This document shows positions 29,326 through 39,639 of a stretch of 64,000 bases of DNA, piece by piece. The stretch's first letter is position 1, and every line of letters starts with the position of its first letter. The translations under genes were made by a program, and so were the position numbers. The notes under the pieces are model-generated. The model had not been told where the DNA came from and ran no database searches. It saw nothing but the letters and a program-made list of their open reading frames with translations. Source of the DNA: Candidatus Cloacimonadales bacterium (lineage in GTDB: Bacteria; Cloacimonadota; Cloacimonadia; Cloacimonadales; JAIOQZ01); the NCBI GenBank assembly GCA_963662655.2, contig CAXXTU010000002.1, forward strand, positions 608,001-672,000, read 5' to 3'.

Positions 29326-29778
29326 CTAAAACAGCACCTTGCTGAGAATCCGGGGTTCCAGCCTGAACTTGGAGCCTTTCCCCTGGAAGAAGTGATGCTC
29401 CCGAATCAGATGAATGTTCAAAGGCGTCCACTGCACCTGGAAGTTGTGCTTCAGATTGGTGAAGTAAATTATCCCCTTGCGGTAACCACCTCCATGCATG
29501 AACGGACACACCAGCTTCCCTCGGAACGATTTGTATTCGACCTGGAATTGCTCCTCGATCACGATCGGTCCGTCGTATGAGTCGAAGGCTCTTTCGGTGA
29601 AGAAATCCATGCGATCGGCGATTTCTTCCGCGGTGATGCCCAGCGCTTGGAGCTCGCCCTCATCGGTCTCGATGATTTCGTTCAAGTGCCTCTCGTCGTA
29701 GCCGAGAAATCCGTCGCGCGTCAGGATGCCGGGTTGCATCCGCTCGATAATCTGTATTTCTTTGGGAGTCTGTTTCAT
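29326..29778 (-). CDS. Hypothetical 150-aa protein at the end of the NQR/Rnf-like operon
   Basis: Starts 9 nt after the reductase stop with AGGGG RBS; CPFxH and HLIREHHFFQG motifs. Confidence 0.75.
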   Translation of the reverse strand: MKQTPKEIQIIERMQPGILTRDGFLGYDERHLNEIIETDEGELQALGITAEEIADRMDFFTERAFDSYDGPIVIEEQFQVEYKSFRGKLVCPFMHGGGYRKGIIYFTNLKHNFQVQWTPLNIHLIREHHFFQGKGSKFRLEPRILSKVLF

Positions 29779-29787
29779 AAATTCCCC

Positions 29788-30891
29788 TTATGCAAAGCTG
29801 TCGTAGAAGATGCGATCCTCGGGAACGCCGAGCTTCTTGAGTTCTTTGGTCACTGCGCTGATCATACCCGGGCTGCCGCAGAGGTAGGCCTCCGTCTTTG
29901 CCGGATCGCGCATGAATTCCTGGAAGTACGGCAAGACGTATCCGGTTCTGCCGTCCCAATCCGAGCCTTCCTCCGGCTGGGAAAGGACGGGAACGTAGGT
30001 GAAATCTGGCAGTTTCTTCTCATACTCGCGGAAATGCTCCGTGAGGTAGAGGTCTTTTTTCGTCCTTGCACCGAAGAAGTAAACCATGCGCCGTTTGCTA
30101 CCGTGGTTGTGAAGATACTCCACCATCGATTTGATCGGCGCTTTGCCGGATCCACCCGCTATGAAGAACATGTCCGCTTCCGTATCCTGAATCACGAAAT
30201 CGCCGAAAGGACCGGTGAAGGATATCTCGTCGCCCTCGTTGAGGTGGTCGTGAACCCAGGTTGTGCAAATGCCTTCCGGCACGCGCCGTATGATGAGCTG
30301 CAGGATGTCCTCGTGATCGGGATTGCTTGAAATGGAATATGCGCGGGAGACGGTCGACTTGTTCTTCGCGTAGGGCTTTGTTTCGAGTTGAACGTACTGC
30401 CCGGCCTTGAATTCGATCCGGGTCGGTTCGATGAGCTTGAAGGTGAGACCTTTGATATCGTACGTGTAATCTTCAATCTTGGCGACTTTCGCACGGAAAC
30501 GCTTGATCGAGAAGAGCTCCGGCGGAATCCATATCTTGATATCCTCTTTGACCTTGATCTGGCACGAGAGGCGAATGTTATCCTTGAGTTCCTGCGCGTT
30601 CAGATACGGTTTCTCGGTGGGGAGAAGTGGTCCTCCGCCTTCCAGCACTTTGACTTTGCAAAAACCGCAGCTTCCTCTTCCGCCGCAGGCCGATGGAATG
30701 AAGAGGTTGTTGTCGCCCAGCAGCGTAAGCAGCGAGCTTCCGCCCTCGACTTTGATCTGCTTCTTGCCGTTGTTGATGTCGATCGTGCATTCGCCGTAAT
30801 TGGCGATGAACATGTCCGCCAACACCAGAAGCAGCGCAAGGCCACCGCTGATGCCCGAGACGATAAGGATATTCCATAAGATGAATGTCAT
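29788..30891 (-). CDS. nqrF: NqrF-like NADH-oxidising subunit (TM, 2Fe-2S, FAD, NAD domains)
   Basis: SACGGRGSCGFC, RLSCQ, GQYVQL, RAYSIS, GPFG, YLCGSP; likely start MTFILWN at 30891. Confidence 0.8.
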   Translation of the reverse strand: MTFILWNILIVSGISGGLALLLVLADMFIANYGECTIDINNGKKQIKVEGGSSLLTLLGDNNLFIPSACGGRGSCGFCKVKVLEGGGPLLPTEKPYLNAQELKDNIRLSCQIKVKEDIKIWIPPELFSIKRFRAKVAKIEDYTYDIKGLTFKLIEPTRIEFKAGQYVQLETKPYAKNKSTVSRAYSISSNPDHEDILQLIIRRVPEGICTTWVHDHLNEGDEISFTGPFGDFVIQDTEADMFFIAGGSGKAPIKSMVEYLHNHGSKRRMVYFFGARTKKDLYLTEHFREYEKKLPDFTYVPVLSQPEEGSDWDGRTGYVLPYFQEFMRDPAKTEAYLCGSPGMISAVTKELKKLGVPEDRIFYDSFA

Positions 30892-30902
30892 AGGATTTCC
30901 TT

Positions 30903-31490
30903 CTATTGTATAACGACCACGCCGGAGAACCCGATGAACGCCAGCGCCATGATTCCGGTGATGATCAATGTTATCCCCGCGCCCTGCAATCCGGTGGGGA
31001 TAAACTTGTCTTTCAGCTTCGCGCGGATACCCGCCAGCGCCAGGATGGCCAGCATCCAGCCGAGACCGCTTCCGGCTGCGTAGCCAACGGTCTGCATGAA
31101 GGTGTATTGCCGAATGACCATGAAAAGCGATACGCCGAGAATCGCGCAATTCACCGTAATCAAAGGAAGGAATATCCCCAGCGTGTAGTAAAGTACCGGC
31201 GATACCCGCTCGATGATCATTTCGGTGAGCTGCACCGTGGCGGCAATCACGATGATGAAGATGATGTATTGAAGATAGACGATGTCCAGCGGTACCAGGA
31301 TGTAATGGTAAACCAGGTAGTTCAACACGGTTGTCAGGATCGTGACGAACGTGACCGCCATGCCCAGCCCGAACGACGACTCGATCTCCTTGGATACCGA
31401 AAGGTACGAGCACATCCCAAGGAAGTTCGTAAGCAGGATGTTGCTGGTGAATATCGCAGCAAAGAAGATGATTATTGGACTCAGAACCAT
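30903..31490 (-). CDS. NqrE/RnfA family membrane subunit
   Basis: NILLTNFLGMC, LGIFLPLITVNCAILG, ALAFIGF. Confidence 0.9.
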   Translation of the reverse strand: MVLSPIIIFFAAIFTSNILLTNFLGMCSYLSVSKEIESSFGLGMAVTFVTILTTVLNYLVYHYILVPLDIVYLQYIIFIIVIAATVQLTEMIIERVSPVLYYTLGIFLPLITVNCAILGVSLFMVIRQYTFMQTVGYAAGSGLGWMLAILALAGIRAKLKDKFIPTGLQGAGITLIITGIMALAFIGFSGVVVIQ

Positions 31491-31492
31491 GA

Positions 31493-32104
31493 TTACCTCC
31501 TTCCCGCTTTCGCTTTGTGTGCCGCGATGGGGCCGTTGATGATCCAGATGAGGATGGCCAGCATGAAGAACGCGCTGGGCGCCATCACCATGATCGACCA
31601 GTTGGTCCACCAGCTTCCCATGATCTTCGAGCCGAAGATCGTTCCGAAACCGGTAATTTCACGAACAAACGAAATCAGCAGCAGCACCAGCGTATAGCCG
31701 GTTCCCGCACCGATTCCGTCGATGAACGAATCGAACGGCGTGTTCTTCGCAGCGAATGCCTCCGCACGTCCCATGATGATGCAATTGGTGATGATCAATC
31801 CCACGTACGGCCCGAGCGCTTTGCTCATCGCCGGCATGTATGCCTTGAGGAAGATGTCCACGATGATCACGAACGAGGCGATGACCAGTGTCTGCGCCAT
31901 CATGCGAACGTTCTTCGGCGTGAATCTGCGGATCATCGAGATGGTGAAGTTGGAAAACGCCAGCACGAAGATGACGCCCAACCCCATCACCAGGCTGTTT
32001 TTCATCAGGTTGGTCACGGCAAGCGTGGAGCAAATGCCCAAGACCTGCCGCCACACGGAGTTTTCGGTAAAAGCGGCGGTAACAAATATATCTTTCTTAT
32101 TCAT
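31493..32104 (-). CDS. NqrD/RnfE family membrane subunit
   Basis: LGICSTLAVT, GLIITNCIIMGRAEAFA, PSAFF. Confidence 0.9.
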   Translation of the reverse strand: MNKKDIFVTAAFTENSVWRQVLGICSTLAVTNLMKNSLVMGLGVIFVLAFSNFTISMIRRFTPKNVRMMAQTLVIASFVIIVDIFLKAYMPAMSKALGPYVGLIITNCIIMGRAEAFAAKNTPFDSFIDGIGAGTGYTLVLLLISFVREITGFGTIFGSKIMGSWWTNWSIMVMAPSAFFMLAILIWIINGPIAAHKAKAGRR

Positions 32105-32780
32105 AATCACGCCCCATCGCCTTCGTCTTTTTTAAGAACTGATCGTGCAGCATTTTGACGATTGCCCCGCTGGAAGCGGTCGCGCCCGTTATCTGGTTGA
32201 TCTGTGTCGAACCGGGCGTATCCTCCTCGGGGATCATTTGGAATCGAACGACGGAGTTGTTTTCGATGATTCTCTTGTTGATGAACTGGTTCTTGAACCA
32301 GTCTTCCGTGATGCGCCCCCCCAGCCCGGGCGTTTCGTTCTGGGTGATGATCTCGAAATGACGGATGGTCGCAAGATCCGGCGTCACGGAAATCATTGCT
32401 TCGATGGTGCCCCAGAGTCCGCTTCCCACCAGCGGGAAAGCATATCCGAGTGTCTCAGATCCATCGACCAGCTTATAGTATTTTTCGTAGTGAACATAGG
32501 TCGGGTCTTCATCGGTGGAGACATCGAGCGAATCGACAACCACGCGGCTTGCGAATAGTTTTTCCACCTCTTCCTGCGTGAGCTCAAAGGGATCATCTCC
32601 TTCGGGAATATCGAACAGCTTGAGGACGGTTGCGTGCAGCCGATACAGCCGGTAGGCGGTAACGCGATGCGAGGTGGTGTGGTAGAAGGTCGCCAGGATC
32701 CCGATAAAGATCACGGTGATGAGAATCATGAACAGCACGGGGTAGAAGCGGCTGTCCGTAAAGGATTTTCGTTCTTTCAT
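32097..32780 (-). CDS. NqrC/RnfG family FMN-binding subunit
   Basis: GSGLWG, ETPGLGG, flavinylation motif ITGATASS. Confidence 0.9.
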   Translation of the reverse strand: MKERKSFTDSRFYPVLFMILITVIFIGILATFYHTTSHRVTAYRLYRLHATVLKLFDIPEGDDPFELTQEEVEKLFASRVVVDSLDVSTDEDPTYVHYEKYYKLVDGSETLGYAFPLVGSGLWGTIEAMISVTPDLATIRHFEIITQNETPGLGGRITEDWFKNQFINKRIIENNSVVRFQMIPEEDTPGSTQINQITGATASSGAIVKMLHDQFLKKTKAMGRDYE

Positions 32781-32793
32781 CGACGTCCGCTCC

Positions 32794-33708
32794 TTATTTC
32801 TTTTTTGCTGTGAGTTTGCCGAATCCATGCTCGATGATGGGCATTACGGTGTTTGCCAGAAGCAGCGCGAACATGAAGCCTTCGGGGAACAGGGAGAATC
32901 TACGGATGAATACGGTCAGAAACCCGGTGAGGATACCGTAAATCCAGATCGCGTCTATGCGCTTTGGCATGGAAACCGGATCGGTGATCATGAAGATCGC
33001 GCCGAACATCAATCCGCCCGAAAGCATCATGGGCAGTGGATTATCCCCGTAAAAAAGTACGCTGAACAACGCGAAGCTCGCCAGGGTCGCCACGATCGGC
33101 TGCCACTTGGCGGTCTTGGATGTAACCAGATAGAGCCCGGCCAGCACGATTAACAGCGCGGAGGTCTCGCCCAGGCATCCCGGAATGAATCCGAGAAACA
33201 GGTTGAGCATCGTTGGCGCAGTATGTGGATCCCCGAGCGTCGCGATCGGAGTCGCTGAAGTTATCTGGGCAGTGTTCATCCAGGTGGCGAATCCCGCGGG
33301 AAACTTCATCAGCGGCTCCAGCCAGACGGTCTGCATCGCCTTGGGGAAGGATATGTAAATAAATGTACGCCCGACAATCGCCGGATTGAAAACGTTCATC
33401 CCGAATCCACCGAAAACCATCTTCCCGAATGTCACGCCGACAACCGCGCCGACGACGGCAATCCAGAACGGTACGGTTGGTGGAAGCGTCATGGCGAGCA
33501 GCGTTCCGGTGACGAATATCGCCATAGAAACCTTGCCGCCTTTGCGCTGGCGAATGAAGAGGTACTCGGTAACGAAAGCCGCGATATTGGTTATCGCCAC
33601 AACCGCCAGTACCCGCCAGCCGCTCAAGAATATCGACAGAATCATGATGGGGATCAGCGCGATCAACACGCGATTCATCATGACCTGCTTCATGAATATT
33701 TTATTCAT
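32794..33708 (-). CDS. NqrB/RnfD family membrane subunit (short form)
   Basis: FGGFGMNVFNPA, TSATP, GCLGETS, FMITDPVS. Confidence 0.9.
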   Translation of the reverse strand: MNKIFMKQVMMNRVLIALIPIMILSIFLSGWRVLAVVAITNIAAFVTEYLFIRQRKGGKVSMAIFVTGTLLAMTLPPTVPFWIAVVGAVVGVTFGKMVFGGFGMNVFNPAIVGRTFIYISFPKAMQTVWLEPLMKFPAGFATWMNTAQITSATPIATLGDPHTAPTMLNLFLGFIPGCLGETSALLIVLAGLYLVTSKTAKWQPIVATLASFALFSVLFYGDNPLPMMLSGGLMFGAIFMITDPVSMPKRIDAIWIYGILTGFLTVFIRRFSLFPEGFMFALLLANTVMPIIEHGFGKLTAKKK

Positions 33709-33970
33709 CAACACCTCGCAGTATTCTAATATACAATTCTTCAATATCTAAAAAAGCATTACAACGGTGTTCGCGTCAATCATTTTTACAATAATCTCCC
33801 TGATTCAAGGTAATGAATCTTGTGAGAACGGCAACATCTTCTGCATTCAATATTGAGATACCTTCCAAAAAAACTTTACAAGTATTCCCTTACTCGATTT
33901 GTTTGGCTGAGATGCGTATATTGGATTTTTATGCGCATCGATAACGATGAAGGATAATCAGGGATAGTCT

Positions 33971-36517
33971 ATGAGACGATTCATATTACTTACTTTATTG
34001 GTAATAGTTACTACAATTGCAGCGGTAGAACAGATCGATCTGAATACCGCGACACTGGACGAAATTTTAACGCTTCCCATCTCCGAGAAACAAGCGCTAG
34101 ACATCTACGAGTACCGACTCTATGTTGCTTTCTTCGAGAGTGTGTACGATCTTCGCAAGATCGATTCGATCGACCAGACCACGCTCTTGAAACTCAAGCC
34201 GCTTGTCATGATCTCTCATTACTCGGATCTGGATGACGCCGAACAACGTCGCGAAGAGATCGCCTACCTCATCGAGCGTCTCGGTAGCAACGAAGGAAGC
34301 CAGGAAGGGACATCGGACGTGTGGGAAGATTATCTGATCACCCCCCGCAATGTCAACAGGATGTTCTTCTCCGATATCCTCAACTTCCCGAGCGTTTCTC
34401 CCGTCGATGCGGCTTCCGTCAGAAGACGCATTGCGAACAAGGATTCCATCACGAGTTGGCCGGACCTCCGCAGTACGGACGGCGCATCGTTTTACGGCAT
34501 GAGAAATCTACGCAACTACGTATATTATACGGATCCCCCCGTACAGGATCGCCTATTCTTCGATTACCAGTTCAAGTACAGCGATGCCCCGCCGGAGGAA
34601 GATGAAGAAGAAGCCCAGCTCACGCAGGAGGCTTCGACGAACGACGATCGTCTTCAGGACGATTTCGAGCCCGAGCTCATGAACAAGCTTCGCATCCGCT
34701 ATGGAAACACCTGGAAAGCCGGCATGATGATCTTCAACCGCAAGGGCGAGGATGGGCTTTTCGATATGACCGCCGACGAAATGTGGGAAGACGGAAAGTT
34801 CTTCGTGGGCTACGAGGATTTCCAGCCGTGGCTTTTCAACAGCTATTTGAAGGTGTACCTCGGTGATTACCGCGCCACGTACGGAGAAGGCCTGGTCATG
34901 GAAAACACCGATTTCTACAGCTCTCGCAAAACAGGTATGGGTTTCAGCAAACGCATCACCGGAATTATTGGCGATCTCTCCCGTACAAGCGAATACGCCC
35001 TCCGCGGTGGTGCTGTGGAATGGAAAACGGATAAATTCAACGTAACGATGTTCGCGTCGAGCGACAAGAAGGACGCCGTACTTTACGACAGCAACGGTGA
35101 CGGTTGGTTCGGCAACGACGACGACGAGGATATGGACGACAAGGACATGGTGTTCTCCTACATCACCATGAACAACCGCCCGGACGATTCGTCCCGTGAG
35201 ATACTCGGGTCCGAGAACCTCGCCGTGGTGCGCGATGCCCTTCAGGAAGACATCCTGGGCGGACACATCGAGTACTCGCCTATCATCGGAACGCATATCG
35301 GTATGACGGCTTACGAAGCGCGTTACGACCGCTATTTCTCTGTCCCATCGGATATGGATAGCCTGGAAACTGTTCTCCTCGGTTCTCCGGAAGACGACGC
35401 TGAAAAGGTGAAGATTCCGGATAGCGAAATACTGGGCCTCTACTCGACGAAGACCGATAGCTACAAGCGCGATTACCGTCGCGTCTACGGCATCGATTTC
35501 GGCACCACGCTCGACTTCATGTCGATCCAGGGTGAATACGCGGAGCTGGAAGTCGACGGCAACTTCGGCAAGATCGGCGACGATCCCAAGGCGATGCTCA
35601 CCAGCGCGTACACGCAGTTCGACAACCTGAACTTCCTCGCGCTCTACCGCAACTACGATCTCGATTTCGACAACCCCTACGGACGCGGATTCTCCGAGCA
35701 CCAGAAGTTCGACGATTCCATGTTCGACAAATACGATTATGTTCTTACGAACGGCGACCTGGTTTACATGTATCTCAACTCGGCGCAGGCGCAGGCGGAA
35801 GAGGGTATCTACCTCGAGACAAGATACCAGTTCAACCGGTATCTGACCATCAACCGCGCCTACATCGATATCTGGGAAAGAAAATGCGATGCACGCCGCT
35901 CGGTGCGTTTCCAGGGCGAGCTTGAATTCAAGCCGTTCCATCAGCTCAGGATTCGCCCCAAATACAAACACCAGGTCAACCGCTACGACGACTATATGGA
36001 TCGCGCGGTTTCCACCACTGACGAATACACCATTCAGTTCCGAGCGCTGCTTTCGAAGCGGGATTTCTTCCAGCTCGAGTATCGCTACAACCAGGTGGAG
36101 ATGCCTCCGTACCCGTACCTGACCAACACGCCCGAACCCGGCGACGACACCCTCACCCAGGGAACCGTGCTGATTCACGGCGATTACATCAACGTGGATT
36201 ACACCCACTACTTCAACGACTATTTCAAGGTGAAAGGCGCGTTCTGCTTCTGGGACGGTCACGGGATCAGTCATTGGGACTGGGAAGACATGGAGATCGA
36301 CTTCATGGGAGAGCGCGGCTACAAGTACTGGTTCACGGTGCAGGATCGCATCTCGAAAAACGTTTATTTCTCGATCAAATACAAATTCAAGAAGTATAAA
36401 ACCAAAGTTCTGGACGGACGCGAGTGGGACAACTCGGAGTGGGACGACGGAACCCAATATACCAAAGTTGAGAACGAACAGCAGTCGATCCGACTTCAAA
36501 TTGACTGGAAATTCTGA
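33971..36517 (+). CDS. Outer-membrane protein with ComEA-like helix-hairpin-helix domains and C-terminal beta-barrel
   Basis: Signal peptide; IDLNTATLDEILTLP...FESVYDL and a second NVN...WPDL unit; ends LQIDWKF. Confidence 0.75.
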   Translation: MRRFILLTLLVIVTTIAAVEQIDLNTATLDEILTLPISEKQALDIYEYRLYVAFFESVYDLRKIDSIDQTTLLKLKPLVMISHYSDLDDAEQRREEIAYLIERLGSNEGSQEGTSDVWEDYLITPRNVNRMFFSDILNFPSVSPVDAASVRRRIANKDSITSWPDLRSTDGASFYGMRNLRNYVYYTDPPVQDRLFFDYQFKYSDAPPEEDEEEAQLTQEASTNDDRLQDDFEPELMNKLRIRYGNTWKAGMMIFNRKGEDGLFDMTADEMWEDGKFFVGYEDFQPWLFNSYLKVYLGDYRATYGEGLVMENTDFYSSRKTGMGFSKRITGIIGDLSRTSEYALRGGAVEWKTDKFNVTMFASSDKKDAVLYDSNGDGWFGNDDDEDMDDKDMVFSYITMNNRPDDSSREILGSENLAVVRDALQEDILGGHIEYSPIIGTHIGMTAYEARYDRYFSVPSDMDSLETVLLGSPEDDAEKVKIPDSEILGLYSTKTDSYKRDYRRVYGIDFGTTLDFMSIQGEYAELEVDGNFGKIGDDPKAMLTSAYTQFDNLNFLALYRNYDLDFDNPYGRGFSEHQKFDDSMFDKYDYVLTNGDLVYMYLNSAQAQAEEGIYLETRYQFNRYLTINRAYIDIWERKCDARRSVRFQGELEFKPFHQLRIRPKYKHQVNRYDDYMDRAVSTTDEYTIQFRALLSKRDFFQLEYRYNQVEMPPYPYLTNTPEPGDDTLTQGTVLIHGDYINVDYTHYFNDYFKVKGAFCFWDGHGISHWDWEDMEIDFMGERGYKYWFTVQDRISKNVYFSIKYKFKKYKTKVLDGREWDNSEWDDGTQYTKVENEQQSIRLQIDWKF

Positions 36518-36567
36518 TGAAAATGAAAAAGCATAAGATAGAAAATTTAAAACCTCTTGGAGGATCA

Positions 36568-37956
36568 ATGTATAGACGTCTGTTTATAAAAAGCTTATAT
36601 GTTGTTACGCTGGTATTGTTCGCCTCTTCACTGGCGGGATACTCGCTGCTGGAGGCCGGTTACGAACCCTACTTCCAGACGGATGGACTCGGTAACTATG
36701 TCGGTATCACCGACGCACGTTCCGGTGCGATGGGTGGAGCTGGCGTGTTTGGTGGACAGCGCTTTCTGGACACCACGATCAACCCGGCCAGCATCATGTT
36801 TCTCGATCCCGGTTACGGCGGTGAGATCAACTACGGTCTCATGCGCACGAACGACCGTCGCAGCATGCCGATATACAGCTTCTTCGACGAGTACGTAGAT
36901 GAAGGGACATGTTCGTACAACAGCGACTGGTATGACGAAGCGGCTATCGGCGGTTACTACATGCAGGATATCTCTCGTGCCGGATTCGGTGTGGGATTGT
37001 CCTACACACCGCGTTTGAACTTCGATGCGACCTATAACGAAGACGTTCGCAACGACGACAGCTCGGATGACAACCAGTATCCGTTCATCATCGCAAAGAA
37101 TTCGATCGAAAGCGAAGGCGCGATCCGCTCGACCAATCTCGCAATTGCAGGCAGCTTCTCAAAGCTTGGTTTTGTCGATCTCATGAGCCTTGGCGTTCAG
37201 ATCGCTTTCTACGAAGGTGAACACAACCGCACGAAGCGAATCGAATGGACGGATGAAGCACGTCAGGTTGTGCAGAACTTCGAACTTCCAGATTACTACG
37301 AAAAAATGGGACGCGAGTTCAGCGGTACCGGTTTCAACATCGGCTTCAACCTTCATTTTGCCGATCATTACGGCTTCGCGTTTACCTATACACCCAAGAC
37401 GGAGCTCGAGGTGGACTACTCCTACAAACTCGATTCCTATCAGGGACAGATGGAAGCCGACTTGGACGTCGACGATTTTGTGATGCCGTCAAGAATGCGC
37501 TTCGGTCTGCTTTACAAACCGCAAAATGTTATGAAGACTTTCGTGAATGTCGATATGGAGATCGTGAACTGGTCAGAGGTCGAAGACTACTACGATGACG
37601 CCATCAACTTCTATCTCGGTGTCGAGCATCGTGTTTACGAGACCATGCCGATTCGAATCGGTTTCCGCTACGAGACCCTGCCCATCGATTCGATCGCAAT
37701 GCCGACCTTCACTTGCGGGACCGGGTTCGAGGTTTACGGACCGCTCCGGTTCGATTTCTCCATCGAATATTCTCATCGCAAATATCAGGGTGAGGACTTA
37801 TTCCCAGAATCTTATTACAATGATGAAAACTATGCGGAAAGCGCATCGTACGAATCCCAGCTCTGGAACTATGTTGTTCCGACGGATCGTACGGAATCGG
37901 ATAAAGTCGATGAGACGTTCCTGAAATTCCAGAGCGCTTTGACGTTAACGTTTTAA
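36568..37956 (+). CDS. Outer-membrane beta-barrel, FadL/PorV-like
   Basis: GGAGG RBS, signal peptide, DARSGAMGGAG...NPA motif, ends LTLTF. Confidence 0.65.
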   Translation: MYRRLFIKSLYVVTLVLFASSLAGYSLLEAGYEPYFQTDGLGNYVGITDARSGAMGGAGVFGGQRFLDTTINPASIMFLDPGYGGEINYGLMRTNDRRSMPIYSFFDEYVDEGTCSYNSDWYDEAAIGGYYMQDISRAGFGVGLSYTPRLNFDATYNEDVRNDDSSDDNQYPFIIAKNSIESEGAIRSTNLAIAGSFSKLGFVDLMSLGVQIAFYEGEHNRTKRIEWTDEARQVVQNFELPDYYEKMGREFSGTGFNIGFNLHFADHYGFAFTYTPKTELEVDYSYKLDSYQGQMEADLDVDDFVMPSRMRFGLLYKPQNVMKTFVNVDMEIVNWSEVEDYYDDAINFYLGVEHRVYETMPIRIGFRYETLPIDSIAMPTFTCGTGFEVYGPLRFDFSIEYSHRKYQGEDLFPESYYNDENYAESASYESQLWNYVVPTDRTESDKVDETFLKFQSALTLTF

Positions 37957-37971
37957 TTGAGGCAATATATA

Positions 37972-39639
37972 ATGTATCGCGTACTCCTGATTGTATTTAT
38001 TCTATTGTTCTCGCAGCTGTTCTGTGAGACTCTCAAGCTTGATATCATGTTTACCAATGACGTTCATGGCGGAATCGACCGCTACGACGCCACGTTCATG
38101 AATCCCGATTTCCCACCGGTACTGGGCGGCGGCGCTTCTGCCGCGACCTATATCAAGGAAGTTCGCGCGCTGTCCGATGGAAAGACGCGTGAGAACCTGC
38201 TCGTCGATGCAGGCGACTTCTTCCAGGGGCATCCGGTAGGAACGGTCAGTAAGGGTAAATCTGTGATCGACTACATGAACGAGATCGGTTACGAGCTGAT
38301 GGTCATTGGTAACCACGAGTACGATATCGGCGAGGAAGAGCTGGTCAAGACTTTGAAGTTTGCGAAGTTTCCGATTCTTTCCTGCAACATTATCGACAGA
38401 AGAACCAACGAGCTTGTCGATTACGCGATTCCATACATCATTTTGGAGAAGATGGGCTTGCGCATCGGTATCGTGGGCGTTACCACCACCGATACGGAGC
38501 TGATGAGTTTCCCCGAGCACATCAAAAACGTGGATTTCACAAATGCGAAAGAAGCGCTGGGAAAATATATTCCCATCGTCAGGGAGCAGGGTGTTGACCT
38601 GTTAATCGTCGTTGGGCACATGGGATTGCCTTACTACCCGGAACCCGTTTATAAAACGCGTTATGTCGAAGGCAAAGCTTATACGAAGGAACGCTATTGG
38701 GGATATGATTCGCAAGAGCTGGCTCACGAGGTGGAGGGGATCGATCTCTTGATCGGTGGTCACATGCACAAGGGTTTCTACGAGCCTTGGGAAGACCCGG
38801 TAACCCATACGCTTGCCGTTCAGGGTTACGCCTACGGAAGCAATGTGGGGCATATCACGCTTCTTATCGACAAGGACACCAAGACCCTTGCCGGATGGGA
38901 ATCCCCTGCTTACGATAACATCCTGATTACACTTTTCGAAGACGAATACATCCCGGATCCCGCCATTTCCGACACGATTCTCGCCATGACGCGCGAAGCG
39001 GAAAAGGGCATGGACGAGGTGATCGGCGAATCGGCGATCCACCTTTCAAGGGACGGTAACGGACCGCAGAACCTGATCGGCAATCTCGTGGTTGAATCGA
39101 TGAAGGCTGAGATGAACGCGGACTTCGCGTTCATGAACCTCGGCGGTATCCGCGCGGATCTGCCGTTGGGGCCAATAACGTATCGCGATGTGTTCAACGT
39201 GTTGCCGTTCGATAGCCAGATTGTTGTATTCGAATGCGACGGCAATTTCCTGAAATGGATCATCGAGAAGCGCGTGGAGGGATCGCGTCACGGGCTGCGC
39301 ACAGCCGGTATCAAGGTTACGGTCGACCGTGATCGACCGGATTTCGATCGCGTAGTCGATCTGTGGATTGGTGACGAATACTGGGATCCCAACAAGATTT
39401 ACCGCGTTGCCACCAGCGACTTCCTCATGCAGGGAAACGCAGGTCTGACAAAGCTTACGAATATTCCCGAAGAAGATATTACAAGGCACGAGACCATCAT
39501 TCGCGACGTAATCGTGAATTACATCAAGAAGAACTCGCCGGTCAGCACGAAGATCGATAATCGCTGGACTCGGGACGATGGTGTTGGGTATTCGGAAAAG
39601 ATGCGGGAAGCGCTTCAAAAATCGTCTGTTAAAAAATGA
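37972..39639 (+). CDS. Periplasmic 5'-nucleotidase / UDP-sugar hydrolase (UshA-like)
   Basis: TNDVHG, DAGDFFQG, GNHEYD, GGHMH, NLGGIRA, LPFD. Confidence 0.9.
   Translation: MYRVLLIVFILLFSQLFCETLKLDIMFTNDVHGGIDRYDATFMNPDFPPVLGGGASAATYIKEVRALSDGKTRENLLVDAGDFFQGHPVGTVSKGKSVIDYMNEIGYELMVIGNHEYDIGEEELVKTLKFAKFPILSCNIIDRRTNELVDYAIPYIILEKMGLRIGIVGVTTTDTELMSFPEHIKNVDFTNAKEALGKYIPIVREQGVDLLIVVGHMGLPYYPEPVYKTRYVEGKAYTKERYWGYDSQELAHEVEGIDLLIGGHMHKGFYEPWEDPVTHTLAVQGYAYGSNVGHITLLIDKDTKTLAGWESPAYDNILITLFEDEYIPDPAISDTILAMTREAEKGMDEVIGESAIHLSRDGNGPQNLIGNLVVESMKAEMNADFAFMNLGGIRADLPLGPITYRDVFNVLPFDSQIVVFECDGNFLKWIIEKRVEGSRHGLRTAGIKVTVDRDRPDFDRVVDLWIGDEYWDPNKIYRVATSDFLMQGNAGLTKLTNIPEEDITRHETIIRDVIVNYIKKNSPVSTKIDNRWTRDDGVGYSEKMREALQKSSVKK

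Noticed and set aside
30892..31413. N-terminal extension of the NqrF-like ORF to 541 aa
   Set aside because: Overlaps the NqrE/RnfA gene in another frame; the likely start is 30891.
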